Below, one piece after another: positions 23,013-35,435 of a DNA stretch of 64,000 bases. Where the stretch lies: the NCBI GenBank assembly GCA_964247055.1, contig OZ176053.1, positions 2,356,001 through 2,420,000 on the forward strand, read 5' to 3'. How positions within the stretch are numbered: position 1 is the first letter of the stretch; the number at the start of each line of letters is the position of its first letter. The position numbers were made by a program, and so were the translations under genes. Source of the stretch: Paragordius varius. Its lineage: Eukaryota > Animalia > Nematomorpha. Below the pieces are notes generated by a model. It was not told where the DNA came from. It ran no database searches and saw only the letters and a list, made by a program, of their open reading frames with translations.

Positions 23013-25984
23013 TTTTTCTTTCTTTAAACTAAAAATGGCCAAGGTTATATTGGGCCAAAAATTGGGATATTAAATATACGAATACAAATTTTATGCAAAT
23101 AATTAATTTAAACGGTTAAAAATAGATTATATATATTATATATGATGAATAATGTGTTTTATTAGCTGAATGAACGCCTACCCTACTTTGTACTAGCAAA
23201 TTATGACTTGCAAAAATTTTAATATAAAAATATATCATGCATTTTTTTAAACCAATTGTACAAATATATGACCCATTAAAATTAATAAATGGATAATATA
23301 TGTAAAAACTTTAAAATTTACCTTTATTTCGTAGAGGTTACAGGAATTTATGTCAAAATAATTAATAATGAAAAAAAAAGATTTGTATTTTTATTTAAAA
23401 TGGTTATTGTTTGTTTTTGGTTTGTTATATTTTTTTGTTTTTTTGTATCTGCTCTCTATTGACAATCTGTTTTGTCGCAATTACATATATAAAAATTGCT
23501 TTTAGCGTATAGTCGAAGCGATATATACGTTAACTTATTATTGGGAGAAATATATGTATTGTGTATATCTTCTCTATGTTTTTGGCCCGAAAAAAAATCA
23601 ATAAAGATATGGCGGTGGTTAAAAATTATTGAGACAAATCTCAAATTATCATTATACTAGTTTTGCAGGTAAAACATTTGCAACAAATGCATAGTTTTTT
23701 ACCTTTGGTAAAAATTGGCACGAATTGCATTATAGTATGTGATATTTTCCGTAATAACGGACTATATTACCTTTTTCAGCCAAATTTGTATAAAGTATAT
23801 GCATATACTATATATATAGATATGTTAAATTGATAATTTATTGGCATAATATTGCATATATTGGTTTATTTAAGGCTAATAGTTTGTTTGTACATCCAAT
23901 TTTTTAGATCGTAAAATAATACACATAAATTGGCAATAGTTAATATAATGTTATAATAATATACATTGTATCAAATTGGAATTGTATACCACAAATTTGG
24001 GTTAAAATTATTTCTACCTATTGAATTCATTGAAAATAACTTCTCACCTAAATATTATTGCCCTACTGTTTTATACAAACTCATGGGAAATTTTGCTGGC
24101 AAAAATCTCATTGTTTTTAGATTGTGTTGCTGATAAAGCTATTAAATTATTTAGTAAGTTGTACAGATATCGATCATTATGGTTAAACTTTGAATTAAAC
24201 ATTATAAAATTTATAAAAATCACAGGCGTTAGAGATTACATATATACAAAAATAAATTTTAAAATTGAGGTTGATTACATTTGCTAAGCAAATATATCAG
24301 AATAATGTAGTAAGGATTATCATTAAAAAAATAAAATAATCTTAAAAATGACGTATATTTTGTACATGCTGTCCTGTCCGTGTGATACAGTCAACACCAT
24401 CATTAGTGAATTGATGTTATATGTTTTCTGTAATGAAAACAATAAAAAACGGTCTACCAACACGATTTTTTATGGATTAATGGAAAAGCGCCAGACTAAA
24501 TATTTGGCTTTTTTACGGGAAGAATGTAAACCATGATTCGATCAAACCTGATACAAGATTTTTGAGTAAAATGCTTAAAAGTCATTTTTTATGGTGCCAT
24601 GTTAAACAGATAGTTTGCACAACCCATTTATACGAACCCGCGAACCTAGGAATCCATAAGATCAAGGAGGTTTTTAAGAGCTTAAAGCCACTTTATTTGC
24701 ATATGGTATTTTGCAGAGGTAAAACCCTACACAGCGGGTAAATTAACTTTAACACTTGACATAACCTTTGTTTTAATACTGATAATTTTTTAAATATCCT
24801 CTTGAATTTTTGCAAAAAATATTAATTTACGTGGGCAGCGGGTAATTATAACGGCTAATCTAAAAATAAAAGCCGGCTATGTTGGGTGTATTCGCAAAAC
24901 ATAATATATTAGAAAAATGGGCAACATTTTTTTAGCAAATTCTCTTGAGCCATTTATCCTAGTGATGCCTACCAAAAATTTTAAAGGGCCGAAAAAATAT
25001 TTTTTTCGTCTCAAGAGCTATGATAAAAATTAAAATAATAAAGCTGTACGACATTTTTTCAGATATTTATACTCCAAACTTGTACATAAAAAAATTTAAT
25101 AAATAATTCAAAGCCATAAAGAAGCACTTTAGGGCCGCGGTTTAAGTACCATTGTTATATATATATATTATATACATATATTTATGTTTATTAACTTTTT
25201 TATTTTATAGATTACCTTAATTTAGATTTTCAATGGTCGATAGTTGATAAACATCCCATCGATTCCTTCAAATAAATTAACGGAAGATAGGACTCAGATC
25301 TAGATGCGATTGATAAGAAAGTTAGGTTCAATAAAAAGTGTTGTTGGTTGAATCCATCCTGTTTTAACTTCATTATTCTAATTTTCATTAGGCCTATTTA
25401 GCAACTAAGTACACATTGGTTCCCATCGAAAAAGGACTACAATGCTCTACAACAGGGGTGTACAATATAAATGACATCGCGGGCCGCATTAGAAATATGT
25501 ATCGGCATTATCGAATATTTTGTTAGATTTTAACATAAATAAGACTGTAATGCCAATTCAATATAACGATTTTTCTAGTTTGTTGCCGATTCGATGAACA
25601 CATTTTGAAACTTTGTTTAATAAACAATTTTACCAAGATTTTTGGAGCATAATTATGCCAAGTTTTTTTACGGGCAACACATAATGTTACGGAAAACCGC
25701 ATATGGCTCTCTGGACTTGTGCTGGACACCACTGCCCTAATACATACCACAAAAATATTAAAATTGCATCGTGATGAATTGAGAATATATGGCCGAAACC
25801 CCGTCGTCAATTATTAGAGTTATCTAGGTTAGCAGACATTAGAAAAATGTCAAATAAACAATAAATATCTATATAACTGGCAGTCCAATAAATAATTGTT
25901 GATTAATATTTGATTCCATCGTCGCATTCTATTCATTTATAACGTATTATTTATTTTATTTCAAATCTTCATAAGATAGATATA

Positions 25985-27255
25985 CACTGTGTGCAAAAAA
26001 GAGGGTCATTTTAATTTAACGAAAAATTTTTTTTTTCATGAGATAGCTAATGACCAGTGTATTCATTTGCCGCAAAAATTTTTATTTGTTGACAACCTAG
26101 TTTTTAAAATAATGAGAGAAGATCGAAATCGGGCAAAAAGTGAAAATTAAGGATAATTAAGGGTAATTCAAAAAATAATGATAAAATTTGAAATATTATG
26201 GGTTGTTATCATTTAAGGAGATATTTTCAATATATAAATAGCCTAAAATCTATGGTTAGGGTTTCTATAAAATTTCAGCTCAAAAGATGGCGTTTTTCTT
26301 TTATCACACTTAAAAGACAAAATAAATTTAATGAAACTATATAAAAATAATTTTTTTAATTATCTACTACCTATCACTATTAAAATCTTAATATATTTTA
26401 TTCAGTAAAATAAACTTCGATATCAAAATAAAACCAAAAATATTTTTTTTTATTTTTTGTTTGTCATCTGGTTTATGAGTGTATAAAAAATTTATACTGT
26501 TTTATTTTGGATTCTTACATGATTAGGAATTATTAAATATATAATTTATGCACAGTATGATTGAAAATTGGAATATCAACCAAAAGATTGTACGAATCCC
26601 AATACAAATATTAATTTGTCATAAAACAGACTTGTTAGAAGAAATTGTAAGGATTTTTTGGTTGATATTCCACTATTTTCAAATCCTATTTTGCACAAAT
26701 TTTATACTTAATAATTCCTAATCATGTGGGAATCCAAAATAAAACAGTATAAATTTTTTATACACTCATAAACCAGTTGACAAAAAAATGCAAAAATAAA
26801 AAACAATATTTTTGGTTTTATTTTGATATAGAAGTTTATTTTACTGAATAAAATATGAATGTTAAGATTTTAATAGTGAGTTTAGGTAGTAAATAATTAA
26901 AAAAAATTATTTTAATATAGTTTCATTAAATTTATTTTGACTTTTAAGTGTGACAAAAGAAAAACGTCATCTTTTGACCTGAAATTTTATAGAAACCCTA
27001 ACTATATGATTTTAGGCTATTTTTATATTGAAAATATCTCCTAAAATGATAATAAATCATAATATTTTAAGTTTTATCATTATTTTTTATATTTCCTTAT
27101 TTATCCTTAATTTTCACTTTTTGCCCGATTTCGATTTTCTCTCAATATTTTAAAAACTAGGTTGTAAACAAATAAAAATTTTTGCGACAAATGAATACGC
27201 TGGTCATAAGCTATCTCATATAAAAAAAATTTTTCGTTATTTTTTGCACACAGTG
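25985..27255. mobile_element. 1271-bp foldback (long-TIR) element with TA target duplication, Tc1/mariner-like ends
   Basis: TA|CACTGTGTGCAAAA ... TTTTGCACACAGTG|TA; arms of ~600 bp are reverse complements along their length, with a ~70-bp spacer at ~26585-26655; no ORF. Confidence 0.88.
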
Positions 27256-28022
27256 TATATATATGTTCTAGTAAATAATCATATCAGGATTCTAAAGGTG
27301 CTTTTGGTATTGGATTTTTTGAGTAATATAAGAAAGTTATTACCAGATGTATTAACCGCTTCATTTTAGAAAATGGCAAAATTTAAATATATTTTACTAA
27401 ATTTGATAGCTAATTGCCTCATTCCAAAATATATGAGTATGTTTTATCAGATAATACTTAAAAAAGCAAAACAATTGTATAATTTTAATATTTTATAGTT
27501 TTCTTAAAATAAACGAAGAAGATTAAGGTTGCAGAATAAGAATCTTAAATACATGCTAGAAAGTGACATCAAAAGAAATTTGTCAAAAATGCATATTTTC
27601 TATTAAAATTTGAAATTTGGCAAATGAAGATTACTTCAATTTTGAGCATTATAGAAACGGTATAAAAACGTTTTAAGATATTAAAATTTTTTTTTCTAAT
27701 ATTCGTTATGCTAAACATCACCCTTAGCTTTTGAGCTAAATAATTTCGTTTTTATTTATGTTAATTATAAAATTTTGCTGTTTTACGCAGGTTCCCAAAT
27801 TTAAAAGCAAACGAATTTTTAACTAAATTCTGAGGTGATTGAAATGTTTAGCATCATGGAATCAGATAGGTAATGTTTTTATAATATTTTAAAGCGTTAT
27901 ACCGTTTCTATCATGCCTCAAAATAGTGTGAAACACGTACGCTCCAATAAAATTTTGCGATTCTAATTTTTGAAATTTTTTCAAAAATTTTTTTTTTCAA
28001 TGTCGTTATTTAGCATTTAAAG

Positions 28023-28268
28023 CAGGTGTCCATCACCCTGCCCTCCAATATATTTTTGCATCCCACGAGTAATCTCATTTTTTACATAATTTATACAGAA
28101 TTGATTTTCTCAAAAAAATACGATTAAGTTTTTCCGATTAATGAGAAAGAAATATCAAAAATTGTTATAAATAGAAGTTTTTACATGCCCATAATTTTGC
28201 GAATGCGGCCCATAAGATTTTTCGACCCAAAAATGCGCCCGCGCAGTCATTTGTGTTGGACACCCCTG
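28023..28268. mobile_element. hAT (Buster-type) MITE
   Basis: CAGGTGTCCA ... TTGGACACCCCTG with perfect TSD ATTTAAAG (28015-28022 / 28269-28276). Confidence 0.85.
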
Positions 28269-29099
28269 ATTTAAAGATGCTTGTCGCGCAACCTGGGAAT
28301 TAATGTTTATTTATCGTACAAAACCAATTTGATATTTCAAAACACTTTTTCCATAAAATTAAAAATGCTATTTCTTTCTCTTCAAATTATAAGTTAAAAG
28401 ACTTGTTGGTCGACAAATTTAAGTTATATATAAGTTGTTAGTAATAAAAAATGGAAAAACAAAACTTGTTAAATAAAAAATCTGTGGTGGTCGCAGCATT
28501 ATAAAATATATAAAAAAATGTTGTAACTTAAAATAATTTAATGCCTTTCCACCATGCTTAAAAATACGATAAAACTCACTTTGTTAAAATTTTTCTATAA
28601 ATTAGATTTTAACAAAATTATGCATTTTCGGGAAAAATCGTTTGATGTCAAAAGTTTAAACATATGTTTATTATACAATCTCTGCATTTTTGCGTTTATT
28701 TTAAGACAACTTTCCCCATCCAAAAATTTAAGACTTTCAAGGCCCACATCTAAAACCAAATTCCTTTAAATATATAGTTTCTAAATATTTTAGGATATTT
28801 TCTGAAATGAAGAACTTTGACCATTTTTTACCAAAATGTGCGCATATTTTGCCATTTTTTAATATGGAGCAGCTATCACAAATGTGCTAATATTCTTACA
28901 TGAATTACTAGGCCCCAACTAAAATCGCCATGATAATCATGGTACTTATATCGGAATAAAATTTTATCAGGATATTTTTTAACCCATAATGTGCTCAATA
29001 ACAAGAAAAATGTATAATTTTGATAAGGCTTATGGTTTTGGGGCTTACAACTGATATCTGAAATATTTTCTTATTAATGTGCGCAAAAAATCTGATAAA

Positions 29100-31580
29100 A
29101 TATATATACTCTGATAGTAAAACGTATTTAATTTACCATAGTGCTTTGATTTTAGCCCTTACGTGAGATTTGAGAAGTCATTACACTTTTGTGATAACTG
29201 CCTATATAAATGGTATTTTGACAAATAATTTTTGGTAAAAGCTAAATGTTTTTTTCCAAAATTATCATTGAAAATTATATGATATACTATAAAAAAATAA
29301 AACAATACTTTTAAAAAATTTACAGTTCTAAATGCAAGCTGTAGTAACTCCTCCAAAATCAAAATATTATTGCGCACGTATTGTTAAATTAATTTTTAAA
29401 TGTTCATTCCATAAAAAATCGCTAAAATGTATCCTCGACTACATATAAAAGCAAAACCTGGTTTATAAAAAATAAATTTTAAGAGTGGACGAAAGTTCCA
29501 TTTTTTTGCCCTTCTAAAATGATATTGTCCTCTTAAATAAAAGCAAAAATGCCTAAATTGCATAATAGAAATTTTAAATATATGCATTTATATCAAAAAA
29601 TATTTTTAACACTTTATTACCTTTTACTTTTTAAAGCTAGTTTACATTTTGGGGTAGTTTTATATCCCAGAGCTCAAATAAACTATAGGTTAATGGTTAT
29701 TTTAGTTGAATAATTATTAAACATTACATCTATTAGATAAATAAGCCTATATCTTATACAGTTAGGTAACTTCTAGAGTATAAAATTGGAAACAAACAGC
29801 TGATAATAAAATTAAAATATAGGTTTTTGCTGGTAAATTATAGTTTGGAAGCTTTTTAAACTTAATTATCCACATTTTACAACCATAATATAAACTTTTT
29901 TTCCTGTTGCATAAGCGATTTTAAAAAACTATGGAAAAAATGGCGGCAAAAAAGTTTGAGATGAGGTTTTTTTTACAATGCATTCATTAAATTTTTTTTC
30001 CATGATGCACCTAAAAGGCTAAAGAATGCATATTTTTTCGGCTTAAATCCTTAAATACTTTTTAAGATATTCATTCAAATTACTCTGGGATATAAAACTA
30101 CCCCAAAGTTAATTGTTAAGAAATGCTTCACAAAATTCAATTTTAATCAAATTTTTGAAGGGTACTTGAGACTATTTATTTCTAGGTATGGGAGAAACTG
30201 TATAGGACCGCTTAAAGATTTTAAAAATACTTTTTTATATACGTGTTCTGAACATTGTCGCTTCAGAATTTTAATTCAAAGGTTTCTCTTTCTAATTTTG
30301 GTGAATTTAAAAAACACTATTTATATTTAACATAAATTGACGTACGATTAATTGAATTAAAATTTTGAGATGATAATGGTCAGCATCATTAATTATATTA
30401 AAAAAATGTTTTCAAAATCTTAGAGCGTTAACAGTTTCGATGATGCCTCAAAGCAGTATGAAGTACGCTAATTTTGCCAAAAATTAAATTTTGAAAAAAA
30501 TATGCTTTTTTAATACTCCACTACCTTTTGGGGTAATATTCCAGAGCGAATTGAATGAATATAAAGTATTTATAGTATTAAGCCGAATTTAACAATATGC
30601 TTTCTTGAGTCTTTTAGACGCATTATGCAAATTTTTAAATGTAAAAGTGTAAAAAAACCCTCACTCAAACTTTTTTGCCTCCATTTTTTCTATGGATTTT
30701 TTTTAAATCGCCTATGCAACAGACAAATAAATGTATATTATGGCTACAAAGAGTATATAATCAACTTAAATGTTTCAGGCTACATTTCCAGCAAAAACTT
30801 GATATATGTTGATATCAGCTGTTTGTTTAATTGTTTTTGCAGCTGTCCCAATTTTAGACTTTAAAACACAAAACTGTAAAAAATATCTAATTTATAGCTA
30901 ATGCACAAGAACAATGTTTAATAATTAATTTTAACTCAAATATCTTTCATAACTGTTGTTTTTACAAGATTAAGCCCTGGGATATAAAACTACCCCAAAA
31001 GAAAAAAGGACAAAAAGTGTAAAAATGTGTTAAAAATATTTTTAATTGATATCAAAATTTACCCTATATTTATATTTTTTATTGCGGAATCTCGGCATTT
31101 TTGTGTTTATATAAAGACATCCATTTTAGAAGGGCAAAAAATTCGGGATTTTTGAAGCTTACATCTAAGAATTAATTTTTTAAAAATATTGTTTTGCTTT
31201 TTATACGTAGTTTATGAGATATTGTAGTGATATTTTTTATTTTTTACTGCACAATCTCGGCATTTTTGTGTTTATATACAGAGAACTGACTTTTTTTAGG
31301 CGCAAACAATTAGGGACTTTCGGAGCCCACATCTAAAACTAAATTTTAAAAATATTGTTTTCCTTATATGTAGTTTATGATATATTTTAGCGTTATTTTT
31401 TAAAAAAAAATATTTAACTTCAACTAAAAAAAATTTATTTTAAAAAGTGCGCAAATATATTCTATTTATAAATATAGAGCATTAGTGACAAAAGTGTGAG
31501 TAACTTTAAATCACCCATAAGGACCAAAACCAAAAGCGCCATGATATTCCGATGCCTTCATGTCATATACTTTATCAGGA
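29100..31580. repeat. ~2.5-kb imperfect foldback of the modular AT-rich repeat family
   Basis: Paired landmarks: ttttgcccttctaaaatg (~29500) / cattttagaagggcaaaa (~31125); ggggtagttttatatcccag (~29650) / ctgggatataaaactacccc (~30980); gtttgagatgagg (~29955) / cctcactcaaac (~30660). Boundaries approximate. Confidence 0.65.
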
Positions 31581-32582
31581 TATTCTTTTGCCACTGTGTA
31601 TATGCTAAATTTTAAACTAATTAAATAAAGATGAGCGGTGTTTTATGATATTTTAAAGGAAACGGTATAAAACACTTTAAGGCATCACATACACTTTTTT
31701 ATATCATTTAATGATTTTGAATATTTTTAACACTCAAATTAATTAGTTCGTTTGTATCAATAAAATTAATTTTTGTAAAAAAACAATTTACATGTAACAT
31801 AAGATTGAGGACCAGCAAATTTACTAAAATTCTGAGGTGATAAAAATGTTCAGCACGATCGATTTTTATAAAAGTGTTTTTGTAAAAAAAGCTTCTATAC
31901 CGTTTCTATCATGCCTCCAAATAGTGTAAAGTACCCCTCATTCAACAAAATTTTGCCATAAATTTTAATGCATTTATGTTTTTTAATGACAAAATTTAGC
32001 ATTTAAAATTTTCAGAATATTTGCGTTATATTCAATATATTTCCCAGTTTGAAGGGCAAAAAGGTTTGCGTCCTTCGGAGGCCACATATAAAAGTTAAAA
32101 TATCAAAAAATATTGTTTTGCCTTTTAAATATAGTATATCATATATTTTAATAATATTTTTTTAGATAAAGCATTTAACATTTACCAAAAAACATAACTA
32201 TGCGCTATTTTTGCAATTTTACGATGTCGAATATTTACCATAAAAATGAATAACCTTCTGATATCACTCGTAAACCTTAAAACCAAAAGCACATAAGAAA
32301 TTCTGATATATTCTATCATAATGTTTATATTTTATCAGGATAATTTTAATACTCAAAATTTTGGACTCAATGTAAAGTATCTTATATATTTTATTATTTG
32401 TAAAATAACTTGTTAGTTTTTACCATAAAATTTATTCGGCAAAATGTGCGCAAATTTGCGATTTGATATGGAGAAATTAAAGTCTTTTTTATATTAACTC
32501 GTAGGGCCCAAAATGTAATACTCCATAAGAATCCTGTTATATTTATTCATCATAATAATTATATTTCGACAGGATATTTTAA

Positions 32583-33132
32583 CACTTAGATACAACAAAT
32601 TTTCAGTCCTTCGATTTATATTGGGGTAGTTAGACACCCCAGGCTTGTTTGAAATTAAATATTTTAAAAAATATGGAAAAAATTGAAACCACGGCAAAAG
32701 TTAACACTTATATAACATTAATGAAACGAAATATAAAAAATTTTTATAAAAAACTTATTATTACTTATTGAGAAGTAACTCAAAGGAAAAAATATAAACA
32801 TGACATGTGTGCAAAAGCCAAATATAAAAATGCAAAATATACCACTTTTTCTGGTTATATAAATGTTAAATATAATTTAAGTAAAAAAGTAAACTTAATT
32901 TTAGGCTTATCAAACACGATATTTTGCACAAATGTTGTAAAATTAAAATGGCATCCAAGTTTGATACGAAACTTTTTTTCCAATACTAAATTTTATTTAA
33001 TATTTTGGCTATTTATAAAAAATTTTTAGGATTTTAAATATATATTGGAACCGTTTTTTTTCGGAAATTATATTAAAATATTAACTTAAATATTGCCTGG
33101 GGTATTTAGGTATCACAATTTGAATCGAAGTG
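32583..33132 (+). mobile_element. TTAA MITE, copy 3
   Basis: TTAA|CACTTAGATACAAC ... AATCGAAGTG|TTAA, both TSDs intact. Confidence 0.82.
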
Positions 33133-33373
33133 TTAATACCCCCCGATTTCGCACGCATTGGTATTTTATGGAGTAATTTTTAAAATATTTTATAATAATC
33201 ATGCCTCGTTAAAAAACGATATTGTCTAAAACTTTAAAATATAAGTGCAATAAAGGCGATAAAACTAATTTATGAAATAATTTAATAAATAAATAATACT
33301 TTAATTTATTTTTCTTTCATACGAGTTATATCTGTTTTTTGCACATTCATTGGCAAGTACTTTTAAAATTTAA

Positions 33374-33922
33374 ATGGATCAAGTCATACAAGGTTTTCGA
33401 AACGCCGCTCAAAAGATTGGTGGAGCAGGCTCGGATATAACACAGGGAATATCAGGCGGAGCTACTGCAACCTATGATGCCGCTGCTCAATCCGTTGATC
33501 AAGCAAAACAAGAAGTCAAAAACAAAGTATGTATACTTATTACATAAATTTTATAATTTAATTTTTTACCCCATTTTCATTTTTTACTTATCCAGGTTGT
33601 GGCTGTAGGTGAAGGTGCTCAACACATTGTAGGCGATGCGGTTGGTCAAGTTGAACAAGGATTCACACAAGTTGGACAAGGGGCCCAAAATTTGGCTCAT
33701 GGGGTCGCTCGCGGAGCAACGAATGCCTATACCCATGTTCAGCAAGGCGTTAAACAAAAAGTTGACGTTGTTGCTGAAAATGTTAATGCTGTCGCATCTA
33801 ATGCCAAACATGGCGTCGAAGAGGTCGGTCTGCATGCTGGCGATAAAGTTAAGGGAGGCACGGAAGGAATAATTAATGTACTTCGGAGAATTAGTGATAT
33901 CATCCCACATCATAAATCTTAA
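33374..33922 (+). CDS. Second LEA-like repeat protein, 159 aa, no targeting peptide, two exons
   Basis: Exon 1 33374-33526 (MDQVIQGFRNAA...EVKNK), 69-nt GTATGT..CCAG phase-0 intron, exon 2 33596-33922. G/A/V/Q-rich with no Cys or Trp. Shares QGF.NAA, KHGVEEVG and GDKVK-like motifs with the 22038-23012 protein. Confidence 0.82.
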
Positions 33923-35057
33923 TTTATATTTATTTTATATTACCATTATGATACTCATCAATATACTAAATTGTACAAAAACACTATGTAGTATTCATAG
34001 TACCTTACAAACATTTAAAATGTTTAATCTATTTCAATTCATCACTTTACATCTCAGGGACATGTATAAATTAATGTAATATTTATTGTAACTCTAGTCA
34101 ATTTATCCAATTGCAATCATTTATATTAAAATAAATATAATTTAACCAATCAATCGCTCCAACTAAAAATCAATATTAATTTGATATTATGCACAGTGAA
34201 AAAACTGGGTTATTTGTTTAAGAACCTATAATGAAATAAGCCACTCTTTGCAGTAACGCTATTTAATTTTAAGATATCACATTGTAAAAAAATACAAACG
34301 ACATTTTTACCCAATAATTAATTATATATTATATGGGTTTACTTTTTAGCAATCTTGTAATATAAATCACTATTTAGAGCCAAAGTCTTTTTAAGATGTT
34401 TATACAAACAATAAAAGATAATTAATATATCATTATATTAACCTAATCAAGCGTTAAATCTATGTGCACATTGTTAAAGGCGGATTTGCATATACATAGT
34501 TATGGCGAATTGTGTTAAAACGATTAATTTTTTCAATTAACAATAATTCGATGAATGATTAAAAAGAAACCAGATCAATTATCTCATGTTATATAAAACT
34601 TAATGATATTATACGGACAAAACGTAAAAATATAAAGACACATATTTTTTATAAAATACTACTTTTAAATCTTGATTTTTTGATTATAACTCATTCTAAT
34701 AATCTCCAAAGTATAAAATAGAGATGTACATGGGTAGCACAATTAATAACATATACGATCGTTACTAAATGATTTTAATAGGATTATTTAAGGTTTGAAA
34801 AAGTATGGTTGTCTAAAAAAATATTTTGTACTTATATTTTTACGTTGACCGTATTATTTCAATTTTTACCGTAACTTAAATCAATATGTTTGCCACCAAC
34901 ACAAAGATATCAAAACCATTTAAACCAATATGTTTGGTTAGTTTTTACCTTAGTGCATAATATATTTCTTAGGTTACATAATCTTAGATATCGGTCACAA
35001 CTAATTTAGCCAAATTTTTTGTATCATAAATCTTTTGAAATTTAGAGATTTAGATAC

Positions 35058-35088
<31 letters not shown>

Positions 35089-35435
35089 TTAAATAATTTA
35101 TTACAAGGATCGTTTGATTGTATTGAATAATTACATGCCCTTTAACACGGTTTATGTGCAAATTTACATGTAGCGCTCTCATCAGATTATTAATTCATTA
35201 GATTTCTACTTTCTGTATAATAATACAGTGTAGATCAAACTGAAACTACACAATTTACACAATTAACACAAGCGCAGCGATAGAAAAAGACACCCCATGT
35301 ATTGAAATAAACCCATCACCATAAATTCAATGATGTAATTTGATGTGCAAAACACGATTAAATAAAGCGTAGAATATAGTGTATAGTAAAGTGGTGTGTT
35401 ATATCAGATCAATCATGTAAGTGACTTCATATCGG

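Noticed and set aside
25453-25490. Left hAT TIR CAGGGGTGTACAA possibly pairing with 28268
   Set aside because: TSDs do not match; 28268 pairs with 28023. Left as an orphan end.
33584-33913. Minus-strand 109-aa ORF and the 33636-33872 frame
   Set aside because: Shadows of the second LEA-like exon.
35260-35420. Possible SECIS or structured ncRNA downstream of PAPSS
   Set aside because: No convincing core motif; most simply the PAPSS 3' UTR.
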